A DNA stretch of 64,000 bases. It comes from Chamaesiphon sp. Its GTDB lineage: Bacteria; Cyanobacteriota; Cyanobacteriia; Cyanobacteriales; Chamaesiphonaceae. Under the pieces are notes generated by a model, which had not been told where the DNA came from, searched no databases, and saw nothing but the letters and a program-made list of their open reading frames with translations. The stretch is taken from assembly GCA_965246715.1 (NCBI GenBank), contig CBDFFH010000002.1, forward strand, positions 256,001 through 320,000. Reading direction: 5' to 3'. Shown here piece by piece: positions 32,322 through 40,196 of the stretch. Each line of letters opens with the position of its first letter. The stretch's first letter is position 1. The translations under genes and the position numbers were made by a program.

Positions 32322-32714
32322 ATGAAAAGAGTGATGTTTGTGTGTAAGAAAAACTCGGCTCGATCGCAGATGGCGGAAGGGTTTGCAAAGAGTTTGGGGA
32401 ATGGAAAGATTGCCGTGACTAGTTCGGGATTAGAAGCGAGTCAAGTCAATCCGATCGCGATTCAGGTGATGAAGGATGTGGGCATCGATATTAGTGGTCA
32501 AACATCCAATCCATTAAGCGATTTTCAGCCCACTGACTTTGATGTGGTAATTTCATTATGTGGCTGTGGAGTCAATCTACCGCCAGACTGGGTAACACAG
32601 GAAGTATTTGAAGATTGGCAATTAGACGATCCCGCCGAACAGCCAGAAATCTTTCCGAGAGTGCGCGATGAAGTTAGAGGACGGGTAGAGAAATTAATCA
32701 GATCGATCTCCTAA
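32322..32714 (+). CDS. arsC: Arsenate reductase (LMW-PTP fold, cyanobacterial glutaredoxin type)
   Basis: VMFVCKKNSARSQMAEG (CX5R), SLCGCG, WQLDDP. Confidence 0.9.
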   Translation: MKRVMFVCKKNSARSQMAEGFAKSLGNGKIAVTSSGLEASQVNPIAIQVMKDVGIDISGQTSNPLSDFQPTDFDVVISLCGCGVNLPPDWVTQEVFEDWQLDDPAEQPEIFPRVRDEVRGRVEKLIRSIS

Positions 32715-32771
32715 ATTATGGCTAAAATTGGATACTTTTAACTCACTCGATCGAAATTAACTATCCCCGAT

Positions 32772-33413
32772 ATGACTCACCCACCCAGAATTTTATTCTT
32801 ATACGGTTCCCTGCGAGAACGTTCGTACAGTCGATTATTAGCCGAAGAAGCAGCACGGATTATTCAAGAATTTGGAGCAGAAGTGAAATTCTTTGACTCT
32901 CGCGAATTGCCATTGCATGGGAGCGTTCCCGATACTCATCCCAAGGTGCAGGAACTGCGAGAATTGAGTCTGTGGTCGGAAGGGCAAGTTTGGTCGAGTC
33001 CGGAACTGCACGGACAAATTACTGGCGTGCTAAAAAATCAAATCGATTGGATCCCGTTGAGTATCGGTGCGGTCAGACCGACACAGGGTAAGACTTTGGC
33101 TGTGATGCAAGTATCTGGCGGTTCGCAGTCATTTAATGCACTGAATACGCTGCGGCTGTTGGGTCGCTGGATGCGGATGTTTACGATTCCCAATCAATCT
33201 TCAGTAGCAAAGGCTTATCAGGAGTTTCATGAGGATGGGACGATGAAGGATTCGGCTTATCGAGATCGAGTGGTAGATGTGATGGAGGAGCTGTACAAGT
33301 TTACGTTGCTACTCCGAGATAAAGTAGATTATTTAACCGATCGATATAGCGAACGCAAAGAAGCAGAACTAAAACAGCAAGCTGCTAACAGCGTAAAATT
33401 AGAAAGTATTTAG
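32772..33413 (+). CDS. arsH: Arsenical resistance flavoprotein ArsH
   Basis: [40 protein letters not shown]. Confidence 0.95.
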   Translation: MTHPPRILFLYGSLRERSYSRLLAEEAARIIQEFGAEVKFFDSRELPLHGSVPDTHPKVQELRELSLWSEGQVWSSPELHGQITGVLKNQIDWIPLSIGAVRPTQGKTLAVMQVSGGSQSFNALNTLRLLGRWMRMFTIPNQSSVAKAYQEFHEDGTMKDSAYRDRVVDVMEELYKFTLLLRDKVDYLTDRYSERKEAELKQQAANSVKLESI

Positions 33414-33440
33414 TACGATGCTCTGGCATGAGATCGCAAT

Positions 33441-33767
33441 ATGGCAAAAGATAATAACAAGATCGCTTACCGCGAATTTGGTGACGAAGAACCAGATCGC
33501 GAAATTACCGAAGATTTACCACCCAACCAGCACAGCCTGAAAATTCAAGTTTCGCGCAAAGGGAAAGGTGGGAAGACAGTCACGATCGTTAGTGGTTTTC
33601 AGGTATCTTTAGAAACGCTGGCAACCCTTACCAAACAACTCAAAAACCAGTGCGGAACTGGTGGCACGAGTAAGGAAACCGAAATTGAAATCCAAGGCGA
33701 CCACCGCCAGAAGTTATTCGAGATGCTCACTAAGTTGGGTTACAAGGCTAAATTGAGTGGTGGTTGA
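33441..33767 (+). CDS. SUI1/YciH family translation initiation factor
   Basis: RKGKGGKTVT, LKNQCGTGGT, IEIQGDHR. Confidence 0.9.
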   Translation: MAKDNNKIAYREFGDEEPDREITEDLPPNQHSLKIQVSRKGKGGKTVTIVSGFQVSLETLATLTKQLKNQCGTGGTSKETEIEIQGDHRQKLFEMLTKLGYKAKLSGG

Positions 33768-34276
33768 GTCAACGATCTCTCCATGTACAGCCAATAGGCT
33801 TGACGATCGATCGGAATTTTAGTACCGGGATAGGGTAAAATTTCCACGAATCCATAGTCAGCATACAGTTGATGGGCGGCGCTAGCAAAGCGGGGCGTAT
33901 CTAGTCGCATCTTGCTGTAGTTGGCAGTCTGCGCGATGGAAATTAATCGATCGAGTAATCCGCTGGCTACTCCCTGGCGGCGATATGTAGGTCTGACATA
34001 CATCCGACAGAGTTCGCAGATCTGCGCATCCAGTTTTCTAATTGCTGCACAGCCGACGATGCGATCGTCAATTTGGGCGAGTAATAACGCGCCAGCGGGA
34101 GGAGTATAAAGTGCTGCTAATGCTGCATCGGTGAGTTCGCGATCGATCGTATTCGGGACATCGATCGTGACAGCATATTCAGACTGAGCCAATTCCTTGG
34201 CCGATTCTAGATGCTCGGTAAATAATTCTTGGAGCGTTGGTAAGTAGATTGGGTGATAAGGAATTAGATCGAGCAT
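33740..34276 (-). CDS. GNAT N-acetyltransferase
   Basis: GCAAIR, CELCRMYVRPTYRRQGVA, LDT, AHQLYADYGF; 3' end overlaps SUI1 convergently; start uncertain. Confidence 0.85.
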   Translation of the reverse strand: MLDLIPYHPIYLPTLQELFTEHLESAKELAQSEYAVTIDVPNTIDRELTDAALAALYTPPAGALLLAQIDDRIVGCAAIRKLDAQICELCRMYVRPTYRRQGVASGLLDRLISIAQTANYSKMRLDTPRFASAAHQLYADYGFVEILPYPGTKIPIDRQAYWLYMERSLTQPPLNLAL

Positions 34277-34357
34277 GACGGAAAGCGATCGAAATTGTTC
34301 GAGCTTTATTTTCGCACTTTCGATCGGGGAAGTCGAACCAATTACCAATCACAAAAA

Positions 34358-35446
34358 TTATTTATTCAAATAACCTTGAATAAAGCAATCTGTTCCGATT
34401 TGTTGCCAAGTTACTCGCTCTAAAACGATCGCTTTATCCATCGATCGAATCCCCAGATCCCCAACTGGAGACGGTGCGATACTACCGCCAACAATTTTAG
34501 GAGCGACAAATGCTAAAACTTTCTGAATAGCTCCATCGGCAATCGCACTAGCGGCGAGAGTCCCGCCACACTCCCATAATACCGACAGAAACCCACGATC
34601 GTACAAATGTTTCATCACCGCTGACGGTTTGAGCACATCTAATTCGAGGATCTGTACCCCTCGATCGCGCAATCGGTTCTGCATGTCAGGATTTGCCCCC
34701 GTCTGGGTGACAACTAAAGTTGGCGCGACACTCGTATCCCATAAAATCGCCTCTGTCGGTACGTCTAAATTTTGCGTCATTACTACACGCAAGGGGTTAT
34801 GGGTATCTGCTTGATGGCTGGTGAGGTGCGGATTGTCTCGACGTAAAGTATTGCCGCCAACAATTACAGCATCGCAACCCGCGCGGAGATGGTGTACGTA
34901 TTGGCGAGAGGCTTCGCTACTTACCCAAGTACTATGACCGCTATCGGTGGCAATTTTACCATCTAGTGTCATTGCATATTTTAAAATTCCTTGAGGACGC
35001 TGGTGGACGATCCGTTGGATAAAGCCTTCAATTAGTTCCTCGCAAGCTGCGGCTTCGACTCCTACAACTACTTCTATTCCCGCACGTTCGAGCGTTGCAA
35101 TCCCACCACCTGCAACTAGGGGGTTAGGATCTACCATTCCCACTACTACTTTTTTTATCCCCGCAGCAACTACCGCCCCCGAGCAAGGGGGAGTTCTGCC
35201 GTAATGATTGCAGGGTTCGAGCGTAACATATATCGTCGCTCCATGTGCCCTAATGCCTGCCGCACGCAAGGCAAATACTTCCGCATGTGGCTGTCCCGCG
35301 CCAGGATGGAAGCCTTCACCGATAATTTCCCCATCTTTGACAACTACAGCACCCACCAGCGGATTGGGGGCGGTTTTGCCCCAAGCTTGTTTGGCGAGAG
35401 TCAGACATCTTTGCATCATCTCGCGATCGAATTCTGTAGATTGCAT
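34358..35446 (-). CDS. ribD: Riboflavin biosynthesis deaminase/reductase
   Basis: PNPLVGA, HAE, TLEPCNHYGRTPPC, KYAMTLDGKIA, ECGGTL. Confidence 0.96.
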   Translation of the reverse strand: MQSTEFDREMMQRCLTLAKQAWGKTAPNPLVGAVVVKDGEIIGEGFHPGAGQPHAEVFALRAAGIRAHGATIYVTLEPCNHYGRTPPCSGAVVAAGIKKVVVGMVDPNPLVAGGGIATLERAGIEVVVGVEAAACEELIEGFIQRIVHQRPQGILKYAMTLDGKIATDSGHSTWVSSEASRQYVHHLRAGCDAVIVGGNTLRRDNPHLTSHQADTHNPLRVVMTQNLDVPTEAILWDTSVAPTLVVTQTGANPDMQNRLRDRGVQILELDVLKPSAVMKHLYDRGFLSVLWECGGTLAASAIADGAIQKVLAFVAPKIVGGSIAPSPVGDLGIRSMDKAIVLERVTWQQIGTDCFIQGYLNK

Positions 35447-35512
35447 AAGTAGGGATTGGCGATTAGGAATGGGGAAGCGCTATGCAGATCTAACACTTAC
35501 CGTTTAAATTTT

Positions 35513-35563
35513 AACCCCTAACCCCTATTCCCTATTCCCCTATCCCGTATCCCCTATCCCCTA
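35513..35563. repeat. Heptameric short tandem repeat (STRR-like)
   Basis: About 7 degenerate CCCTATT/CCCTATC units. Confidence 0.7.
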
Positions 35564-35669
35564 CTATAAGTTTTATTAATCACTAGATCGGATTTACACC
35601 AGTGACAACTTATCAAGAAACTGTTATTGTAAAGAAATATTGCGTAACTAATATCTCTGGTAGAAATTT

Positions 35670-36446
35670 ATGGCAGGTTCCCCACGTAGCTTGGCCAAGC
35701 AAACTACTGTATTTTGTGACTTTGATGGGCCAGTGGTAGATGTATCTGACCGATATTACCGTACCTACCAGATGGCATTGGCCGATACCGATCGATTTTA
35801 CCGCGAGTTCTCGCCACAGTTGCGCGTAGAGCAACAACTCCCATCGCCAGTGTTGAGTAAAGACCAATTTTGGCAGATGAAACAAAATCGCATCCCCGAT
35901 CGCGATATTGCTAGCAAGTCAGGATTGACCGATGAAACGATCGATTTTTTTATGGCGCGAGTCGTCAAAATTGTCAATCGTCCAGAATTGCTGCAACTAG
36001 ATAAGCTCCAACCTGGAGTCACTTGGGCGCTAAATTTCCTGAAAACCAATGGTGTTAAGCTGATCTTGGTGACGTTGCGCGATCGATTGGAAGCTACGAG
36101 TATTTTAGAGCAACATGGGCTTAGGAACCTGTTTACAGGTATCTACGGTACCGATGATAGTGGGGTCGCTTACCAGAACTACGCTGAAATCAAAACCGAA
36201 TTACTCGATCGAGCGATGCGGGAGCATTTACCAGCTACCGCAAATCCCCAGGACAGTTGGATGGTCGGCGATACCGAAGCTGATATCCTCGCGGGTAGAA
36301 CGATGGGAATTCCGACGATTGGTTTGACTTGTGGGATTAGGAGCCATCGCCAACTTAGCGAGCTGCAACCAACATCGATCGAACCCGATCTCCTCTCTGC
36401 CGCACATCGAGTGATGGGAATGAGTTGTCTGCAAGTGTGTGGCTAG
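35670..36446 (+). CDS. HAD-superfamily hydrolase
   Basis: CDFDGPVVD motif I, LVTLR, MVGDTEADI motif IV. Confidence 0.88.
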   Translation: MAGSPRSLAKQTTVFCDFDGPVVDVSDRYYRTYQMALADTDRFYREFSPQLRVEQQLPSPVLSKDQFWQMKQNRIPDRDIASKSGLTDETIDFFMARVVKIVNRPELLQLDKLQPGVTWALNFLKTNGVKLILVTLRDRLEATSILEQHGLRNLFTGIYGTDDSGVAYQNYAEIKTELLDRAMREHLPATANPQDSWMVGDTEADILAGRTMGIPTIGLTCGIRSHRQLSELQPTSIEPDLLSAAHRVMGMSCLQVCG

Positions 36447-36625
36447 CTAGCGATTGAAATCGCTGCTGAATTTAACCCGCATCGGTGGGTTTCGATCGTC
36501 TAGGTGCGGTTTTAACCGTTAGCGACGATTAGCGCCTCAGCAACTTAGCGGTTGCACCTCGATCGGTCAATTTGTTACCGTTTTAGCTCATCCAGAGCGG
36601 TGAAATCAAGCGATCGAGGTAGCAA
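36447..36625 (+). ncRNA. Structured leader of the RT; candidate retron msr/msd
   Basis: Four consecutive hairpins, including a ~70-nt irregular stem (ACCTCGATCG/CGATCGAGGT; TTACCGTTTT/AGAGCGGTGA); no clear a1/a2 repeat identified. Confidence 0.35.
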
Positions 36626-36629
36626 AAGT

Positions 36630-37691
36630 ATGACAAATAGGCTCGACAGCTCGTACTCAGATAGTGGAGATCCTTCTAAGCTGCAACTGCGCGGCTTGCC
36701 ATTTTGTAATAACGGGGCAGAAATAGCCATCGAAATGGGGATAAGCCTGGGCAAGTTGCAATTTTTGACGTTAAAAAATCCCGCTTTACCAAACACCCAT
36801 TATTCTCACTTCTCCATTCTCAAAAATAATGGCGAAACCCGAATTATTTCTGCACCCATTCCTAGTCTCAAAGATGCTCAGACTTGGATTCTGCGGCGAG
36901 TTTTAGATAAGCTCGAAGTTCATGATGCCGCACATGGATTTTATCGCCAGCGATCGATCGTCACCAATGCCCAACCGCATGTCGGTAAAGATATAATCGT
37001 CAAAATCGACCTTCAAGATTTCTTTGGCTCGATCGATTATCGCCGTGTCAAATCGGTATTTACAGCTATCGGTTATAACGAAACTGTGGCAGATATTTTT
37101 AGCTTATTATGTACGGCACGAGTAGTTAGAAACATCGAACGAGACGGAGAAATTATATTCAGTAACAACCGCAAACGTTGCTTACCTCAAGGCGCAGCTA
37201 CCAGCCCAGCTTTATCAAATATCTTTTGTCATTCACTAGATCGCGACTTAACTCAAATTGCCCAGGCGCTGAAATTCACGTATACTCGCTACGCTGACGA
37301 TCTGACCTTTTCTGGAGATCGAATTGCTGCTACCAAAGTCGATCGATTAGTCGATCGGCTGCACGCGATAATCGATCGAGAGGGATTTAAAATCAATCCC
37401 GATAAAACCCAAATTCTCGGTCGAGGACAACAGCAGCAAGTAACAGGAATCGTTGTCAATCAAAAATTAAACATCTCCAAACGGAAACTTGATACTTTTC
37501 GGGCTACTTTATATCAAATAGAGCGCGATGGATTGGCTGGTAAAAAATGGGGTAATTCGCCAGATGTATTCGCGGCAATTACTGGATATGCTAACTATAT
37601 AGCGATGGTAAATCCAAGTAGAGGGAAAGAATTACTGATGTCGATCGATCTCATCAAACAGAAATATCAGATTGAATCCCCAAAATATTAG
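36630..37691 (+). CDS. Retron-type reverse transcriptase (myxobacterial Mx162-like by recalled similarity)
   Basis: AHGF, NAQPH (NAxxH region X), KIDLQDFF, LPQGAATSP, YTRYADDLTFS, VTGIVVN (region Y); ATG 36630 is the likely start. Confidence 0.9.
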   Translation: MTNRLDSSYSDSGDPSKLQLRGLPFCNNGAEIAIEMGISLGKLQFLTLKNPALPNTHYSHFSILKNNGETRIISAPIPSLKDAQTWILRRVLDKLEVHDAAHGFYRQRSIVTNAQPHVGKDIIVKIDLQDFFGSIDYRRVKSVFTAIGYNETVADIFSLLCTARVVRNIERDGEIIFSNNRKRCLPQGAATSPALSNIFCHSLDRDLTQIAQALKFTYTRYADDLTFSGDRIAATKVDRLVDRLHAIIDREGFKINPDKTQILGRGQQQQVTGIVVNQKLNISKRKLDTFRATLYQIERDGLAGKKWGNSPDVFAAITGYANYIAMVNPSRGKELLMSIDLIKQKYQIESPKY

Positions 37692-37704
37692 AAATATCGG
37701 TAAT

Positions 37705-38934
37705 CTCACATCTTGCACCAGAATATAAGTACTAGATTTAGATCGAGACTAATTCCAAGGCAAGACCCTGCGAGAGCAGAAAGTCTCGCTTCCGATCGAT
37801 TTCTACTAAAAGTAAACTCACTGCGATCTGTGGCATTAACTGTTGAAGTGCCAGCTCAGATTCCTGTCTCCACTCAGGCGGAAGGCTTACGTTTGAGGAT
37901 AAATAGACCCAGTGGGTGAGTACAAAACTAATAAAGCTCAGAAGCAGCCAACGGTATACACCTAAAAGTGTTTGTTGACCGAAGCTAGCCAGCCCAAATC
38001 GATATTTAGCAGTCTTGAAAAATCCTTCAATTGCCCATCGACGACTGCCCCACCAAGCAATCGTACTGCCTTTAAGAGCGCGGGTCGAAATCACAAATCT
38101 TTTCTCCAACTTACCATCCCGTTTTAAGTAGAACCAGGAAGCCGTAACCACGCCCTCTAAACCTGATAGCTTAACTTGTTGACCCTTCTTGCCTAGCATC
38201 TTCATCTGTCTCCCATCTGCCAGTTTCCGGTTATTCGGTATACCAACAATTGCTTGATGACGAAGTTTTTTGACCCCGTTGAGGAATTCGACACTACTAA
38301 ATCCAGTATCGGCTAATACTTGGACTCGAAAGCGGTAAGTGAGTTTCTTGGGCAAGGTGCGGAGCAATTTTAGCCCCAATTGAGCAGGAGTAGTTGTGCC
38401 TTTACCACGCCAGGAACGGAACGCCCAAGGTATTCTCCACTGTCCAACGACTAAGTACAGTACAACCAAATGCAGTCCTCGCTTACCGTTGAGAATATGT
38501 ATCAACGTTGCAAATGCTTTGAATTTCCCCCTTTTCTCCAATGTAGTCAGATCGATAATTACCTGCAAGTAAGGTCTTTGTCCTTTGGCTGTGTAATTAC
38601 TCAACTGTTTCAAAATATGTTGGCGAGTCGTACGAATCACGGCTCTGGTTGGCCACCCATATTCATTGAAAAATCTGCTCAAAGCCGCAGGTGATTTAAT
38701 CACCCCATGTTCTGGTAACATTTGACCATTCTTAGGTTCCATAAATAGAGCGAAACTAGCTTGGAGACTAAGTTTCTGATAGGGACTGGGCATCAGCTCT
38801 AACAACGTGTAGAGTATTAATTGGGCGTACGGGAGAATGGTATTCACTGTTCTCATCAATGTTTTTACACGCCCTTTTTCTCATATTTTGACTCCTGCGA
38901 AAATCAGTTGTTATGTACTGGTGCAAGATGTGAG
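37705..38934 (-). mobile_element. IS701/IS4-like DDE insertion sequence (1230 bp)
   Basis: 17-bp TIR CTCACATCTTGCACCAG / CTGGTGCAAGATGTGAG; 4-bp TSD TAAT. Confidence 0.9.
37738..38859 (-). CDS. DDE transposase
   Basis: IIDLTTLEK, VLADTGF, RRWAIEGFFKTAK. Confidence 0.9.
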   Translation of the reverse strand: MMRTVNTILPYAQLILYTLLELMPSPYQKLSLQASFALFMEPKNGQMLPEHGVIKSPAALSRFFNEYGWPTRAVIRTTRQHILKQLSNYTAKGQRPYLQVIIDLTTLEKRGKFKAFATLIHILNGKRGLHLVVLYLVVGQWRIPWAFRSWRGKGTTTPAQLGLKLLRTLPKKLTYRFRVQVLADTGFSSVEFLNGVKKLRHQAIVGIPNNRKLADGRQMKMLGKKGQQVKLSGLEGVVTASWFYLKRDGKLEKRFVISTRALKGSTIAWWGSRRWAIEGFFKTAKYRFGLASFGQQTLLGVYRWLLLSFISFVLTHWVYLSSNVSLPPEWRQESELALQQLMPQIAVSLLLVEIDRKRDFLLSQGLALELVSI

Positions 38935-38945
38935 TAATTCTACGA

Positions 38946-38973
38946 TTGTCATCATTTCTACTTGTGTTAAATT
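38946..38973 (+). promoter_or_regulatory. Putative sigma70 promoter for the ncRNA/slipin unit
   Basis: TTGTCA-N16-TAAATT with a TG extended -10. Confidence 0.3.
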
Positions 38974-39133
38974 TTAAGTGGAATAGTCACAAAATATCGA
39001 AACTATAGTTTGGGTTCTAACCACCCAACTGGTGCGCCAACTTTTAGAGTGAGCGTATGCCGTTTTTGTGTTTTTGCTATTTCGACGTTTGATTGGCTCG
39101 ATCGTAAAACAATCGATGTCTACCTCAAACACC

Positions 39134-39204
39134 CAAAAGTTAGCTCATTTGGTAGAGCAATCGGCTGAGCCGACTGGTAACAGGTTCGATTCCTGTACTT
39201 TTTA
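39134..39204 (+). tRNA. Aberrant tRNA-like element (shortened anticodon loop)
   Basis: AAAAGT/ACTTTT acceptor stem, TAGCTCATTTGGTAGAGC D arm, TCGG-CTGAG-CCGA, ACAGG-TTCGATT-CCTGT T arm; no encoded CCA. Confidence 0.6.
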
Positions 39205-39209
39205 ACAAA

Positions 39210-39283
39210 TGCTAGGTAGAGCGGTTGGTTAGCTCGTTGGGTTGATAATCCAAAGGTCGCTGGTTCAAATCCAGCCTCAGCAA
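39210..39283 (+). tRNA. tRNA-like gene, initiator-type scaffold with GAT anticodon
   Basis: Complete cloverleaf: TGCTAGG/CTCAGCA (one mismatch), GAGC..GCTC, TTGGG-TTGATAA-TCCAA, GCTGG-TTCAAAT-CCAGC; no encoded CCA. Confidence 0.75.
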
Positions 39284-39290
39284 AAAAACC

Positions 39291-39346
39291 TCGCTCTGGG
39301 TAAGAGCACCTTGTTTCGGACAAGGCAAACCGTAATGGTTGCAAAT
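39291..39346 (+). ncRNA. Partial third tRNA-like module (D arm + anticodon arm TCG)
   Basis: GCTC-TGGGTAA-GAGC-A-CCTTG-TTTCGGA-CAAGG; T arm and acceptor stem not recoverable. Confidence 0.4.
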
Positions 39347-40196
39347 TTACAGCACTTTGATGATGCTGTATATAAATGTTCTGAAAAAACATTTTCCAAT
39401 CTGCTAGAGGACTGAAAAGTCATCTAGATTTCCCGATACTTAGTTGTATCGATCTTTTCTGCCCGTTATTACTTTGTCATGCAGGTGTTTATATATGACT
39501 TAGGAGCCAGTGCAGGAGAAGTTTAGCTAACTTGAGTATTTCCCTTCTTGCTGTCAGCGCTAGCGTGCTCCGGCAAGGCTAGCAACGTCAATAGGAACGG
39601 CGTATGTGATGGTTATCGGCTATTTTAGCGATAGCTATGGAGCGATGGCAAAATAAGTAATAATCAGCTTAATCCAGCTAGTTAAAATCTGTTGTCCGCG
39701 CCTAAGTTGTTAAACTCTGCTGTGGCGAAGTAAAAAATATCTATGTTTTTATTTAATCTAGTCAATCAGCTAAAATCGCCGAAATTATCGTTTAATTTTT
39801 ATATGTGGCAGACATTTTATATCAAAGCTAACGAAATTGGTGCGCTGTCTCGTCGTGGCAATTTCCAACAGTTTTTACGTCCTGGAAAATACACTTATTT
39901 TGGGCGAGATTGGCAAGTCAAAGCATTTGATTTAAATGAACCAGAAGCACAGATTGACAACTTAGAGCTATTGTTGAGCGAGCGCAGAGCCGAATTAGAA
40001 GAGTATCTAACGATTATTAAGACTGACTTCGATCGGGTGGCTTTAGTTAGAGTAGGCCAACAATGGATGAGCGTGGCACCTGGTCGATCGATGGCATTTT
40101 GGCGGGGATTTATCCCAGTAGAGGTTCATATTTTTAATTTACAAGATAGTCTCGAATTACCTGCCGAATTTGCACGACAGATCCGAGGCACGATTT

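Larger units (their letters stand above)
39035..39727 (+). ncRNA. Large structured ncRNA containing tRNA-like modules
   Basis: 17-bp long-range stem 39053-39069/39591-39607 (with G-U pairs), TTGCTA/TAGCAA, outer CGCCA..AGAGT/ACTCT..TGGCG, many internal hairpins; no credible ORF. Confidence 0.55.

Noticed and set aside
36630..37691. RT as group II intron maturase or DGR RT
   Set aside because: Carries retron NAxxH and VTG motifs. No intron domain V or maturase/endonuclease region and no TR/VR pair with adenine-specific mismatches were seen. The 289-bp duplication is 20 kb away and its differences are not A-specific.
39120..39392. 90-aa minus-strand ORF
   Set aside because: Antisense shadow of the tRNA-like genes (AGFEPATFGL is the classic reverse translation of a tRNA).
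39670..39735. HEARO/omega-RNA or Y-RNA GNCGAAG motif similarity
   Set aside because: Only short, vague matches and no IscB, TnpB or TROVE gene nearby; cannot be supported without a covariance search.
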